Shown here piece by piece: positions 9,867 through 20,466 of a stretch of 64,000 nucleotides of DNA; position 1 is the first letter of the stretch; each line of letters begins with the position of its first letter. The DNA lies in the IMG/VR virus record IMGVR_UViG_3300032030_000014, positions 67,919 to 131,918 of that record, one strand, 5' to 3'. This DNA is from a virus. Both the position numbers and the translations under genes were made by a program. The notes beneath the pieces are model-generated. The model did no database searches. It saw only the letters and a program-made list of their open reading frames with translations, and was not told the origin of the DNA.

Positions 9867-12800
9867 ATGAGACCATACTTTAATTGTCATACACATACAA
9901 TGTATAGTAATTTAAGATTAGTAGATTCAATCAATAAACCAGAAGATTTAATTAATAAAGCAATAGAATTAGGACTTTCTGGAATTGCGATTACAGATCA
10001 TGAATGTCTATCAGCACATATTGAAGTTGAAAAGCATATGAAGGATGTAAAGAAAGAGCATCCCGATTTTAAGATTGCATATGGTAATGAGATTTATTTG
10101 GTTGATGAAAGAAAACCAGGTCAAAAATATTATCACTTTATTCTTATTGCAAAAGATGCAATCGGTCATCGTGCCCTTAGAGAATTGAGTTCAAAGGCAT
10201 GGATGAATTCATATGTTGATCGCAGAATGGAAAGAGTGCCGACAACAAAAGCGGAATTAAAAGAAGTAGTAGAAAAATTTAAAGGTCATTTAATTGCGAC
10301 AACCGCCTGTATTGGTGGTGAATTACCAAGTCTTGCAATTATTTATTCAAAAGCAAGAATAGTAAATGATAATACAAATGCGATGTTGTATTATAAGCAA
10401 ATAAATGATTTTTTAAATTTTTGTATAGATTTATTTGGAGAAGATTTTTATATTGAATGTGCTCCAGGAACAGATAACGATCAAGTCACAGCAAATATAA
10501 TTCTGCGAAAGATAGCAGATTATTATGGTATTAAAATGGTTGTAGGCACGGACGCACATTATCTTACTAAGAATGAACGGAGTGTTCATAAGGCTTACCT
10601 AAATTCTAAAGAAGGAGACAGAGAAGTAGATTCATTTTATGAATTTACTTATCTTATGGACTCAGACGAAGTTACAAATTTATTGTCTAAGTCTTTTACT
10701 GGAGAGAATAATACTGTAGATAAAATACTTGATAATACTTTAGAATTACAAGAAAAGATACAAGAATATTCGCTCTTTCATAAACAAGATATACCTTCCG
10801 TTGTAGTAAAAAATTATCCACAATATTTGGATATGAAAAAATATAATTTCAGCGAAGAATTAAGCAATGTTTTTGATACAAAATATCCTCATCTAATGGA
10901 TCTGTTTTGTAGTGATGATGTTCAAAATAGATATTGGGTAAATCAATGTTTTGAAGCATTGATTGATAAGGGTATCGGAATGAATGAAACTTATATTGCT
11001 GAACTGGAAGAAGAAGCAAGAGTAAAAAGTGTTATCAGCGAAAAGTTGGAAACAAATATGTTCCGTTATCCTAATACGCTTCAACATTATATTGATTTGA
11101 TTTGGGATTGCGGTTCAATGGTAGGAGCCGGACGAGGTTCATCTTGTGCGGCATTAAATCATTATTTGATGGGTATTACTCAGCTTGATCCAATAGAATG
11201 GGAACTTCCATTCTTCCGTTATTTAAATGATGAACGTGTTGAGTTGGGTGATATTGATATTGATATTTGTCCTTCCAAGTGCGGTCTGGTTTTACAGAAG
11301 ATTGCGGCAGAACGCAGTCAGATGTTTAAAGATGATGTTCCGGAATGGGCGAAGAAATCTTTCGGATGTACGCGTATTTCAACTTTTGGAACCGAGGGCA
11401 CAAAGTCAGCAGTTCTAACTGCGTGTCGTGGCTATCGCTCAGAAGATTATCCAGAAGGAATTGATGTAGATCAAGCACAGTATATGGCATCTCTTATTCC
11501 GCAAGAACGTGGTTTTCTATGGCCGATCAAAGATGTTCTTGAAGGGAATGAAGAAAAGAATAGAAAGCCGGTTGGCACTTTTATTCGTGAAGTAAATAAT
11601 TATCCAGGTCTTTTGGATATTATAAAAGGCATCGAAGGTTTGGTAAATAAACGGAGTTCTCATGCATCTGGTATTGTTCTATTCGATGGCGATCCGTTTG
11701 AACATAGTGCATTTATGAAAACTCCAAAAGGAGAAATCATAACTCAATATAACTTGCATGATGCAGAATATATGGGTTTGACAAAATATGATTTTCTGGT
11801 AACAGAAGTTCAGGATAAAATTGTTCAAACAATTCAGTTCCTCCAAGAGGATGGAGAAATTGAGAAAGATTTGAGTTTGCGTGAGATATACAATAAATAT
11901 CTACATCCAAGTGTTTTGCCAATAAAGACAGATACAAAAATGTGGGATGCTCTTGGAGAAGTTTCAGTTATCAATACATTCCAGTTTGATAGCGCAGAAG
12001 GTTCAAAAGCGGCAAAGCAGTTGAAGCCTCGCACAATTCTGGAAATGGCTGATGCGAATGGTTTGATCCGTTTGATGGGTGAAGAAGGTCAGGAACGTCC
12101 AATTGATAAGTATTATCGTTATAAAAACGATATTAGTTTGTGGTATGAAGAAATGGATAATTTCGGTTTGACAAAAGAAGAACAGAAAACATTGGAGCCA
12201 TACTTCAAACCATCTTATGGTGTTCCACCCAGCCAAGAGCAGCTAATGAAGATGTTGATGGATCCGAATATTTGCGGTTTTACCTTGGGCGAAGCAAATA
12301 ATGCTCGTAAAATTGTAGGTAAGAAGCAAATGTCAAAAATTCCAGCACTTCGTCAACAGGTTCTGAATAGTGCGGCAAGTCCTCGTTTGGGTCAGTATGT
12401 CTGGCGATTTGGGGCTGGGCCGCAGATGGGTTATTCATTCTCAGTTATTCATGCTCTTGCATATAGTTTTGTAGGAGCACAAACATTGTATCTTGGCACT
12501 CATTGGAATCCGATTTATTGGGATACAGCGTGTCTGGTAGTCAATAGCGGTTCTTTGGAAGATGCGGTTGATGAAGATGGCGAAGCGTTGTATGATGATG
12601 AAGAAGAGACAGAAGATACAACAAAGAAGAAAGCAACAAGTACTGATTACGGTAAAGTGGCGAAAGCGTTAAATGATATTATTGATGCTGGAATAAATGT
12701 CAGTCTTGTAAATATAAATGGTTCTGATTTTGGTTTCAAACCAGATGTAAAGAATAATAGAATTTTGTTCGGTATGAAAGCATTGTTGAATGTGAATGAT

Positions 12801-13859
12801 GATTTGGTAAATAAGATAATTGAAAATCGTCCATACCGAGGAATTAAAGATTTTTATAATCGTATAAAGCCAACAAAACAAGCAATGGTATCGCTTATAA
12901 AAGCCGGTGCGTTTGATGATATGATGGAACGTAAACTGGCAATGACTTGGTATATTTGGGAAACTTGTGATAAGAAGTCAAGATTGACTTTACAGAATTT
13001 CCCAACATTAGTAAAGCAAGATATGGTTCCAAAAGATACTTCTGAACGTCAATTAGCATATCGTGTTTATGAATTCAATCGTTATTTAAAAGCAATGTGT
13101 AAAGATTCAAAGCATACTCTTGATTATGTTCTAAACGCAAGAGCGATTGAGTTTTTATACGAATTAGGTTTTGAAAATATGATTGAAGATAATGAACTCT
13201 TGAATATGAAAAAGTGGGATAAAAAGTATCAGGTATTTATGGATACATTTAGAGATTGGCTGAAGGAAGATGGAGAGAATATTCTAACAGAATTAAATAC
13301 TCGAATCTTCAAAGCCGATTGGGATAAATATGCCGGTGATGCAAATTATTCTGCTTGGGAAATGGAAGTTTTATGTTTCTATAAACACGAACATGAATTG
13401 GCAAAAGTCGATATGAATAAATATGGTTTGAGTAATTTTAATGATTTGCCAGAAGAGCCAGAAGTAGAGAGAACTTTCTATAAAAATAATAAAGCAATTC
13501 ATTTATTCAAACTTAGTCGTATCGCAGGAACTTGTATTGCAAAGAATAAAGTTAAAGGCGTCGTAACTATCTTAACAACAGATGGTGTTGTAAATGTCAA
13601 ATTTAGAAAAGAATATTTTGCATTGTTTGATAAACGTATCTCTGAAAAAGGAGAAGATGGAGTCAAACACGTTGTAGAAAAGTCTTGGTTTGATAGAGGT
13701 AGTATGATTATGGTACAAGGTGTGCGGTCGGGCGACACGTTTATTACGAAGAAATATGCATCATCCGTTGGTCATCAGTTGTATCATATTTTGAAGATAG
13801 ATGAAAATGGAGACTTGGTTCTTCAAAATGAAAGATATAAAGGAGAAGGCGGAGAATGA
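9867..13859 (+). CDS. dnaE: DNA polymerase III alpha subunit (DnaE-type C-family polymerase) with N-terminal PHP domain, 1330 aa
   Basis: PHP motifs CHTHTMYS / ITDHE / GTDAHY. The palm GDIDIDICPS...ISTFGTEGTKSAVL...HASGIVLFDG...YDFLVTEVQDKI aligns with E. coli DnaE PDFDVDFC...IITFGTMAAKAV...HAGGVVIAP...FDFLGLRTLTII. Also GYSFSVIHALAYSF versus GYGFNKSHSAAYAL. Zero TAG in 1330 codons. Confidence 0.9.
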   Translation: MRPYFNCHTHTMYSNLRLVDSINKPEDLINKAIELGLSGIAITDHECLSAHIEVEKHMKDVKKEHPDFKIAYGNEIYLVDERKPGQKYYHFILIAKDAIGHRALRELSSKAWMNSYVDRRMERVPTTKAELKEVVEKFKGHLIATTACIGGELPSLAIIYSKARIVNDNTNAMLYYKQINDFLNFCIDLFGEDFYIECAPGTDNDQVTANIILRKIADYYGIKMVVGTDAHYLTKNERSVHKAYLNSKEGDREVDSFYEFTYLMDSDEVTNLLSKSFTGENNTVDKILDNTLELQEKIQEYSLFHKQDIPSVVVKNYPQYLDMKKYNFSEELSNVFDTKYPHLMDLFCSDDVQNRYWVNQCFEALIDKGIGMNETYIAELEEEARVKSVISEKLETNMFRYPNTLQHYIDLIWDCGSMVGAGRGSSCAALNHYLMGITQLDPIEWELPFFRYLNDERVELGDIDIDICPSKCGLVLQKIAAERSQMFKDDVPEWAKKSFGCTRISTFGTEGTKSAVLTACRGYRSEDYPEGIDVDQAQYMASLIPQERGFLWPIKDVLEGNEEKNRKPVGTFIREVNNYPGLLDIIKGIEGLVNKRSSHASGIVLFDGDPFEHSAFMKTPKGEIITQYNLHDAEYMGLTKYDFLVTEVQDKIVQTIQFLQEDGEIEKDLSLREIYNKYLHPSVLPIKTDTKMWDALGEVSVINTFQFDSAEGSKAAKQLKPRTILEMADANGLIRLMGEEGQERPIDKYYRYKNDISLWYEEMDNFGLTKEEQKTLEPYFKPSYGVPPSQEQLMKMLMDPNICGFTLGEANNARKIVGKKQMSKIPALRQQVLNSAASPRLGQYVWRFGAGPQMGYSFSVIHALAYSFVGAQTLYLGTHWNPIYWDTACLVVNSGSLEDAVDEDGEALYDDEEETEDTTKKKATSTDYGKVAKALNDIIDAGINVSLVNINGSDFGFKPDVKNNRILFGMKALLNVNDDLVNKIIENRPYRGIKDFYNRIKPTKQAMVSLIKAGAFDDMMERKLAMTWYIWETCDKKSRLTLQNFPTLVKQDMVPKDTSERQLAYRVYEFNRYLKAMCKDSKHTLDYVLNARAIEFLYELGFENMIEDNELLNMKKWDKKYQVFMDTFRDWLKEDGENILTELNTRIFKADWDKYAGDANYSAWEMEVLCFYKHEHELAKVDMNKYGLSNFNDLPEEPEVERTFYKNNKAIHLFKLSRIAGTCIAKNKVKGVVTILTTDGVVNVKFRKEYFALFDKRISEKGEDGVKHVVEKSWFDRGSMIMVQGVRSGDTFITKKYASSVGHQLYHILKIDENGDLVLQNERYKGEGGE

Positions 13860-14281
13860 TAAAGTGTAAAAAATGCGGGGCAGTGATGTGGCGTGCACCA
13901 ATTGTATTAACATCTTACCCCGCTAAATATTAGTATAATTGTCCTCGTTGTGATAATATTGAATATTTATATGAGAAAGATGATACTAATATTGTTGAAG
14001 GTCCTCAACATTGGAAAAAAATACAAGAGGAGGAAATAAAATCAATTATGGAAAAAGAAAAAGATATGGTAAATCATCCAGCACACTATACCGCTGGAGG
14101 CATTGAATGTATTGATGCTCTTGCGGCAGCTACCGCTGGCTTAGAGGGGATTGAAGCAGTCTGTACTGCGAACGCAATTAAATATCTTTGGCGTTGGAAA
14201 CTCAAGAACGGGTCCGAAGATTTAAAAAAGGCTTAGTGGTATATCAACCACTTGATTGAGCATTTGGACAAAAAGGATTAA
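13856..14281 (+). CDS. zinc-ribbon plus DUF3310-like protein (~141 aa), read through two TAGs
   Basis: Its ATG at 13856 overlaps the polymerase TGA (ATGA). It is in frame with ORF 14048..14236. N-terminal CxxC...CxxC ribbon. HPAHYTAGGIECIDALAAA...NAIKYLWRW is the DUF3310 signature common in phages. Confidence 0.5.
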
Positions 14282-14355
14282 AATTTTAATTCAAAAACCT
14301 AAATATATTGATGGCAACTACAAAAAATACAAGATTTAGTGTGGAGGATTAAAAT

Positions 14356-16632
14356 ATGATTTTAGTTAGTAAAAGAGATGGAACATTAGTTCCATTTGAT
14401 AAAGAAAAGATTATAAACGCAATAAATGCAGCTTTCATTGAAGTAGATGGTACACTTTATGAAGATGATACTGCAAGAGATATTGCGGACGATATTGAAG
14501 ATTATTTTAAATATCAAGACGGAAATGGATGTAGTGTTGAAGAAATCCAAGACCTCGTAGAAGATTATCTAATGCGTTCAGAGCGTAGAGATGTAGCAAA
14601 AGCATATATCCGTTATCGTTATAAAAAAGAAGTCGCTCGTAATTATTAGCATGATTTTATTGATGCCATCAGAGAAAAACTATCAGCCGCAGACGTATAG
14701 AACCAAAATGCTAATGTAGACGAACATTCATTTGGCGGTCGCACAGGAGAAGCCTCAAGTGTAGTAACCAAAAAGCTCGCTCTTGATTATTTAATCTCTA
14801 AGAAAGCAAGAGAAAATCACGAAGGTAATATGGTCTATATTCATGACCTTGATGCCTATTATGTTGGTTCTCACAACTGTTTAAGCATTCCGTTTGACGA
14901 TCTCTTGGCTAATGGTTTTAATACTCGTCAAACAGACGTGCGTCCGGCAGGTTCTGTAAATACCGCTTTCCAACTTGTCGCTGTTATTTTCCAGCTTCAA
15001 AGTCTTCAACAATTTGGCGGAGTAAGTGCTACGCATCTTGACTGGACAATGGTTCCATATGTACGCAAATCATTTTATAAACATTTTAAAGATGGTATAC
15101 ATTACGTAGAATAGGTTATATACGATTGCACGCCTCCAGAAGGTATGGAAGTAAAAGATATACCAATTGATAGTGCTTTTTATGTAAGAGAAAAATATCC
15201 AAATGCTTACCGGTATGCTATGGATATGACAGAACGTGAAGTTCACCAAGCCGTTGAAGGAATGTATCATAATTTAAACACTCTTCAGTCCAGAAGTGGC
15301 AATCAACTTCCTTTTACTTCAATCAATTATGGCACTTGTACTTTACCAGAAGGAAGAATGATTACTCAAGCTCTCTTGGAAGTTTCTATTGAAGGACTTG
15401 GTAAATTACATAAAACATCCATATTCCCATGCGGAATTTTCCAATGCATGAAAGGAGTAAACCGTGATCCAGGAGACCCTAATTACGACTTGTATCAATT
15501 AGCTCTAGAATCTACAGCCAGAAGACTTTATCCTAACTACGCTAATGTAGACTGGTCAGGAAATGCGGGCTACGATCGAAATGATCCCAAAACTTATTTC
15601 TCTACCATGGGATGCCGCACAGCAAATGGTGCCGACATTAACGCAGAACCAGGAGTTAATCCTCAGACTAAAGATGGTCGTGGAAATATCTGCCCCGTAA
15701 CAATTATTCTCCCAACTCTTGCAATGATGGCTTGGGAGAAACTTGATAGTCAGCCTTGGGAAATCGATGAGGACGGCACAAAATATAAGAGTGGTAACGT
15801 TATTGATGCCTTTATGGAAATTCTTGATAATAAAATTCATGAAGCAAAAGATATGCTAATTGAACGCTTTGAGTGGATTTGCTCTCAATCTCCAGAAGCC
15901 GCAAAGTTTATGTATGAAAATAATACAATGCTTGGCTATCATCCAGAAGAAGGAATTAGGAGTGCATTGAAACATGGCACCATTGTTATTGGTCAGCTCG
16001 GCTTGGCAGAAGCTCTTCAAATTCTCATTCATCAAGATCATACGACTTCAGAAGGTATGATTTTAGCAAAACGCATTGAGTAGTTATTTAAAGATCGTTG
16101 TGCTGAATTTAAGCAAGAATATAAATTAAATTTTGGTGTCTATTACACACCTGCGGAAAATTTATGTTATACTGCATTAAAAAAATTCCGTCAACAGTAT
16201 GGAATTATTCCTAATGTTAGTGATAAAGATTTCTTTACGAATAGTATGCATGTTCCGGTGTGGCATCAAATTAGTCCATTTGAAAAGATTGATATTGAAA
16301 GTCAATTAACAGGTTATTCTTCTGCTGGATGTATTACTTATGTAGAACTTGATGCTTCTGCTATTCATAATACTAAAGCATTAGAGCAGATTGTTAATTA
16401 CGCTATGGACCACGATATTCCTTACTTTGCTATTAATGTTCCTTCTGACACTTGCCTTGATTGCGGTTTCCAGGGAGAAATCAATAATAAATGTCCTATG
16501 TGCGGCAGCTCTAATATTCAACAACTACGTCGTGTTACTGGATACTTAACAGGTAACTATACTACTGCGTTTAATCTCGGTAAACAAGATGAAGTGCATC
16601 ATCGAGTTAAGCATGTGGGGGTTATGGAATGA
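14356..16632 (+). CDS. nrdD: anaerobic ribonucleoside-triphosphate reductase NrdD (~758 aa) with four in-frame TAG codons
   Basis: ORFs 14356.., 14830.., 15145.. and 16246..16632 share a frame. The joins read through TAG at 14647, ~14695, 15112 and 16081. N-terminal ATP-cone (KRDGTLVPFDKEKI), FTNSMHVP, C-terminal Zn/glycyl-radical region CPMCGS...RVTGYLTGNYTTAFNLGKQDEVHHRVKH. Confidence 0.85.
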
Positions 16633-16823
16633 GAATTATTAAACATGGAGATAAATTCGAAATAGGAGAAGCCACTTGTCCAACTTGTCATTGTGTTTTT
16701 GCTTATACCAGAGAAGATATTTATTCAACATATAATAGAGACGAAGGATACGATGAATATTATGTAAATTGTCCTGAATGTATTCAAAATATCTTTATTC
16801 CTGCTAAGGAGGTAGAGATATGA
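16629..16823 (+). CDS. small zinc-ribbon protein (64 aa)
   Basis: CPTCHC...CPEC. Its ATG overlaps the nrdD TGA (ATGA). Confidence 0.45.
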   Translation: MRIIKHGDKFEIGEATCPTCHCVFAYTREDIYSTYNRDEGYDEYYVNCPECIQNIFIPAKEVEI

Positions 16824-17314
16824 GATACGCGGGTATAATTAAAAATGATATTGCCGCAGGTGAAGGAATGAATGTCTCATTCTTTGTTCAAGGATGTCCA
16901 ATCCATTGTCCTGGATGTCATAATCCACAAACCTGGGATTTTAATGGCGGAAAAGAATTTACCATGGATACTTTGAATGATATTCTCTATTCTATTGGAG
17001 AAAATGGTATTCAAAGAAATCTTAGTATAATGGGCGGCGAACCTTTATGTAAAGAAAATTTATTCCTAGTAAATCTTATTGTATCTAATGTATTAGAGAA
17101 ATATCCAACAATAAAAATTTATATATGGACTGGATATACTTATGAAGAATTAATAGGAAGAAATGATGAAATATTAAATAAACTATTAGATAAAATAGAT
17201 TATTTAATAGATGGACCTTTTATGATAAAAGAGCGAGATATTACTCTTGCTATGAGAGGCAGCCGCAATCAACGAATTTTAAATATGAAGGAACTTAGAA
17301 ATAATGGATAGTGA
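16820..17314 (+). CDS. nrdG: anaerobic RNR activating enzyme NrdG (radical SAM)
   Basis: The GCPIHCPGC cluster near the N-terminus and GGEP are typical of NrdG. One TAG at 17309-17311, immediately followed by TGA. Confidence 0.8.
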
Positions 17315-17678
17315 ACTTAAACTTTCTTTTTATGATTTAAATAAAAGTGCTTATGGTGCTTTTCCAGAATATGATAATATTAAAATCAATGAATTACAAG
17401 ATAGAATAAATGACTGGGAAGATTCCAGTAATTATTTTATGCTTTTATGTAATGATATAAAGTATTATACTGTTCTTCGTAGAACATAGCATAAAAAAGC
17501 AGAATTTCCAGATCTTGGCCAGGCTGTCACTGGACTTCTTTTGGAACGAGATTATACAATTCATGCAGATGAAATAACCAATGATTACTTTGAAATTTGG
17601 ATTAAAGATAAAAAAGATGATGACGTTCATATGTTTGCTTTATTCCCATATGATTGGGGGGTAATTAATTATGGCTAA
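17304..17678 (+). CDS. hypothetical protein (~124 aa, one TAG)
   Basis: ORF 17304..17489 continues in frame past the TAG as HKKAEFPDLGQAVTGLLLERDYTIHADEITNDYFEIWIK... to a TAA at 17676-17678. Confidence 0.4.
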
Positions 17679-17952
17679 AAAACTATTAATAAATATAAAT
17701 ATGTTTGACAGATATTCACCTATTTATTATGTTGAAGATGATCAACCAATTAGAGTTACTACTGTTCCTATTGATGAATTGGTAAATTATGTTCTTTATA
17801 ATGATCGATGGAATACTGGAATAGAAGAAATTGAAATTGACGGTAATAAAAATTTTATTCAAAAAATAGGTCAAGATTTTATCAATGAATGGCAAAGTAA
17901 ATTTTCAAATAGAAATGTGAGGATCTTAATCAATGGCGAAGTATTTAATTAA
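17671..17952 (+). CDS. hypothetical protein (93 aa)
   Basis: ORF whose start overlaps the previous stop (ATGGCTAA). Confidence 0.45.
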   Translation: MAKKLLININMFDRYSPIYYVEDDQPIRVTTVPIDELVNYVLYNDRWNTGIEEIEIDGNKNFIQKIGQDFINEWQSKFSNRNVRILINGEVFN

Positions 17953-18181
17953 TGATGTAACGACTTATAGAGTGGCAACAGTTGCCGATGTAGAAGCTCT
18001 TCACGAAGAGCTTCTCAATGATAATGCTTTTGAACTTACTGCTTTTAGTTATACTACTAAGTATATTAAAGTTAAGGGCGAAGTTGTAGAAGAGTACCAG
18101 GTTGTTAAGGCAAAAAAGGTATTTAATAATGAAAAGGAGCCTGATACTGACGTTGATGTAAAGTATGAGGTGAACTTCTAA
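17933..18181 (+). CDS. hypothetical acidic protein (82 aa)
   Basis: ORF. Its TAA overlaps the dUTPase ATG (TAATG). Confidence 0.45.
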   Translation: MAKYLINDVTTYRVATVADVEALHEELLNDNAFELTAFSYTTKYIKVKGEVVEEYQVVKAKKVFNNEKEPDTDVDVKYEVNF

Positions 18182-18762
18182 TGGAAATATTTCATGATTA
18201 TCCAAGGTTTGAATTAGTAAGTCAATTTGCCGATTAGACAGATTTGCTACCAAAACGAGCCACAAAATTTAGTGCGGGTTATGACTTTTTCGTGGCACAA
18301 GATACGATTGTCCCTGCGTTCTCAAAGAAAGCAAAACACATAGATAGTTATATCAACACAGCACAAATGGCAGGTAGAATGGAAAAATATAAATCTGAAT
18401 TTAATCTGGATGAAGTTGCTAAAATTACTAAAGATGCAAAAGAAAAACTAACTCTTGTTCCAACAGGAGTAAAGGCTTATCTTCCAGAAGGCACATATCT
18501 ACAACTGGCTGTTCGCAGTTCTTGTCCACTAAAGCATTGGCTTATTCTTGGTAATGGTGTTGGTATTGTTGATTGTGATTATTACAATAATCCTGATAAT
18601 GAAGGTCATATTTACTTTATGATTATAAATCTATTTCCCTATGATATTTTACTTCATCGGGGAGATAGAATTGGACAAGGAATTATCTTACCTTATTTTC
18701 TTGCCGAAGGAGATAATACCACAGCTGCTCGTATGGGTGGTTCTGGTTCAACTGGCCCATGA
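18181..18762 (+). CDS. dut: dUTP pyrophosphatase (trimeric dUTPase), one TAG at 18235-18237
   Basis: Motifs SAGYD, GIVDCDYY, RMGGSGSTG. The ATG at 18181 is in frame with the track ORF 18244..18762 through the TAG. Confidence 0.75.
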
Positions 18763-19244
18763 GAATACTCGCCTTAGACCAGGCGAGTAGAGTGTCCGGC
18801 TGGGCCATCTTTGATGGAGATACACTCGAAAAATACGGCAAAATTGATGTAAGTAAATATTTTGAACTTGGTGAAAGATTATATCAAATTCGCCAAGAGG
18901 TAGAACATTTAATAGACGATGAACATATTGATGCAATTGTGCTTGAAGATATTTATATGGATGGTTAGAGAGTAAATAACGTATAGACCTTTAAAGCACT
19001 TGCGGAAGTCTTTGGAGTATTATATGAACTTTGTATAGAAATGGAAAAGCCTGTGGAAGCGGTTCTTGCAGGCACTTGGAAATCTACTCTTGGAATTAAG
19101 GGTAAGACGAGACCTGAGCAAAAGCAGAATGCCCAGAAGTGGGTGGTAAATACTTACGGCAAAAAGCCAACTCAAGATGAGTGTGATGCCATTTGTATTG
19201 GTGCTCATAAAGTGCGTTCAATGGCTAATGATTGGGGCGAATAA
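18759..19244 (+). CDS. ruvC: RuvC-like Holliday-junction resolvase (~161 aa, two TAGs)
   Basis: ORFs 18759..18968 and 19041..19244 share a frame. MRILALDQASRVSGWAIF (catalytic Asp), ...LEDIYM (Glu), DECDAICIGAH (Asp-x-x-Asp) match the RuvC fold. Its ATG overlaps the dut TGA. Confidence 0.65.
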
Positions 19245-19253
19245 ACAAAAAAA

Positions 19254-19292
19254 GGGCGATAGTCTTAATTGACTATCGCCCTTTTTCTTTTT
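19254..19292. terminator. bidirectional rho-independent terminator between convergent genes
   Basis: Stem gggcgatagtc, loop ttaatt, stem gactatcgccc, with T-tracts on both strands (ctttttcttttt on +, A-run on the other side). Confidence 0.6.
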
Positions 19293-19782
19293 AATCATCA
19301 AAGCTACGATTTTCAGCTTTCATTTGTGCTCTTACTTTATCAACTACTCTATCATGAAGAGCATCTCCTCGGTGATTACCACCAAGCCCCTTATAAACTT
19401 CATAATCAACTTCAAATTCTTCATATTCATCAACTGTTATATAATGTCCTGATCCTAATAAGTATTCGCAAAAGTCTCTAAATTGTTTTCCCTAAATTGA
19501 CAAAATACCAGACCCCATATGATCAACATCTTTATGAATTTGATCTAATTCGTTCTGTAGTTTTTCATCTTCTTCTTTAGACTAAACTTCAACCTTAGAA
19601 ATTTCTGTCTCTAAGGTACTTATAATTTTACTACACATATTTTTCTCTTTTTCTTTCCATTTCTCTTCCATGCTCTTTTTTTGTAATTTAACATAGTGTT
19701 TTGCAAATAAAGCAATACCACCAGCAACAAGAGCACATAACCAATTTATCCAATATTTTGCAATCCATTCTAAAACTTCCAT
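19291..19782 (-). CDS. small membrane protein (163 aa) with an N-terminal transmembrane helix and a coiled-coil/acidic tail; two TAGs
   Basis: ORF 19582..19782 continues in frame past the TAG to a TAA at 19291-19293. The hydrophobic N-terminus is EWIAKYWINWLCALVAGGIALFA. GGAGG ribosome-binding site. Confidence 0.5.
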
Positions 19783-19879
19783 TAAAACTCCTCCTTAATT
19801 TTTTGACATTTATTCTGTCTAAAATTATTTAAATATTAAAATAGAAATTTTATTAATTTTTGTCCTTAATAATAAAAAA

Positions 19880-19913
19880 GCCAGAGGAAAAATCCTCTGG
19901 CTTACTTTTTTTA
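19880..19913 (-). terminator. rho-independent terminator after the 19917..20312 gene
   Basis: Stem gccagagga, loop aaaatc, stem ctctggc. It is flanked by an A-run and a T-run, so it works on either strand. Confidence 0.55.
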
Positions 19914-19916
19914 TTA

Positions 19917-20312
19917 TTATTTCTATTTTTGTTCTTTAACTGCAGATTCAATTAAAACAGTTATATATTCATCTAAATCTCCGATAATTTGTTCAAGATA
20001 AGTTAATACATCTTCTGACAGAGAAAGCATTACTGCTTCATAAACTTTTTTAAAAGCCTCTTCTTGTGCTTCTTTTGTAAAAGAATTTTCTTTTTTTAAT
20101 TCATCTACATAAGTTTGATTAACAGTAATGACTGTCTTAGTAACGAGTTCCTAAAGAATATCAATATAAAGAAAATATCTATCGTCTTTGACTTTTTCTT
20201 TTAATTGATTCGCTTTTGCATTAATCCACTTTACCGCAAAACCACCAAGTGCAATTAGTAGTGGAATTAATACAGTCTAAATAATAACTGGTAAAAGTTC
20301 TTTATAATCCAT
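19917..20312 (-). CDS. small membrane protein (~131 aa), holin-like topology (one N-terminal transmembrane helix); two TAGs
   Basis: Ribosome-binding site AAGGAGGG 7 nt upstream of the ATG at 20312. MDYKELLPVIIQTVLIPLLIALGGFAVKW then a charged helical tail. TAA stop. Confidence 0.45.
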
Positions 20313-20411
20313 ATATAAAACCCTCCTTATTTTTCTTGTTATTATTATAACAAAATTTTTATATAAATACAACTCTTTTCCGCCAAAGACCAAAAATTTT
20401 TTGGACAAAGA

Positions 20412-20466
20412 GGGAAAAATTCCCTTTTTAAGTTTTCATAAAGTATTGCGGGAGGGAAAAATTCCC
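20412..20466 (+). promoter_or_regulatory. two exact copies of the inverted repeat AGGGAAAAATTCCC (20411-20424 and 20453-20466), 42 bp apart, upstream of the TAG-rich + strand cassette
   Basis: Seen directly in the sequence. Each copy is a palindrome GGGAA-AAA-TTCCC. A third A-tract palindrome CCAAAAATTTTTTGG lies ~20 bp upstream. Candidate activator or repressor site, or part of a late promoter. Confidence 0.3.

Noticed and set aside
14356-16632. NrdD split into four ORFs by introns, inteins or a homing endonuclease
   Set aside because: All four pieces are in the same frame and each junction is a single TAG codon with colinear protein sequence on both sides. There is no inserted sequence.
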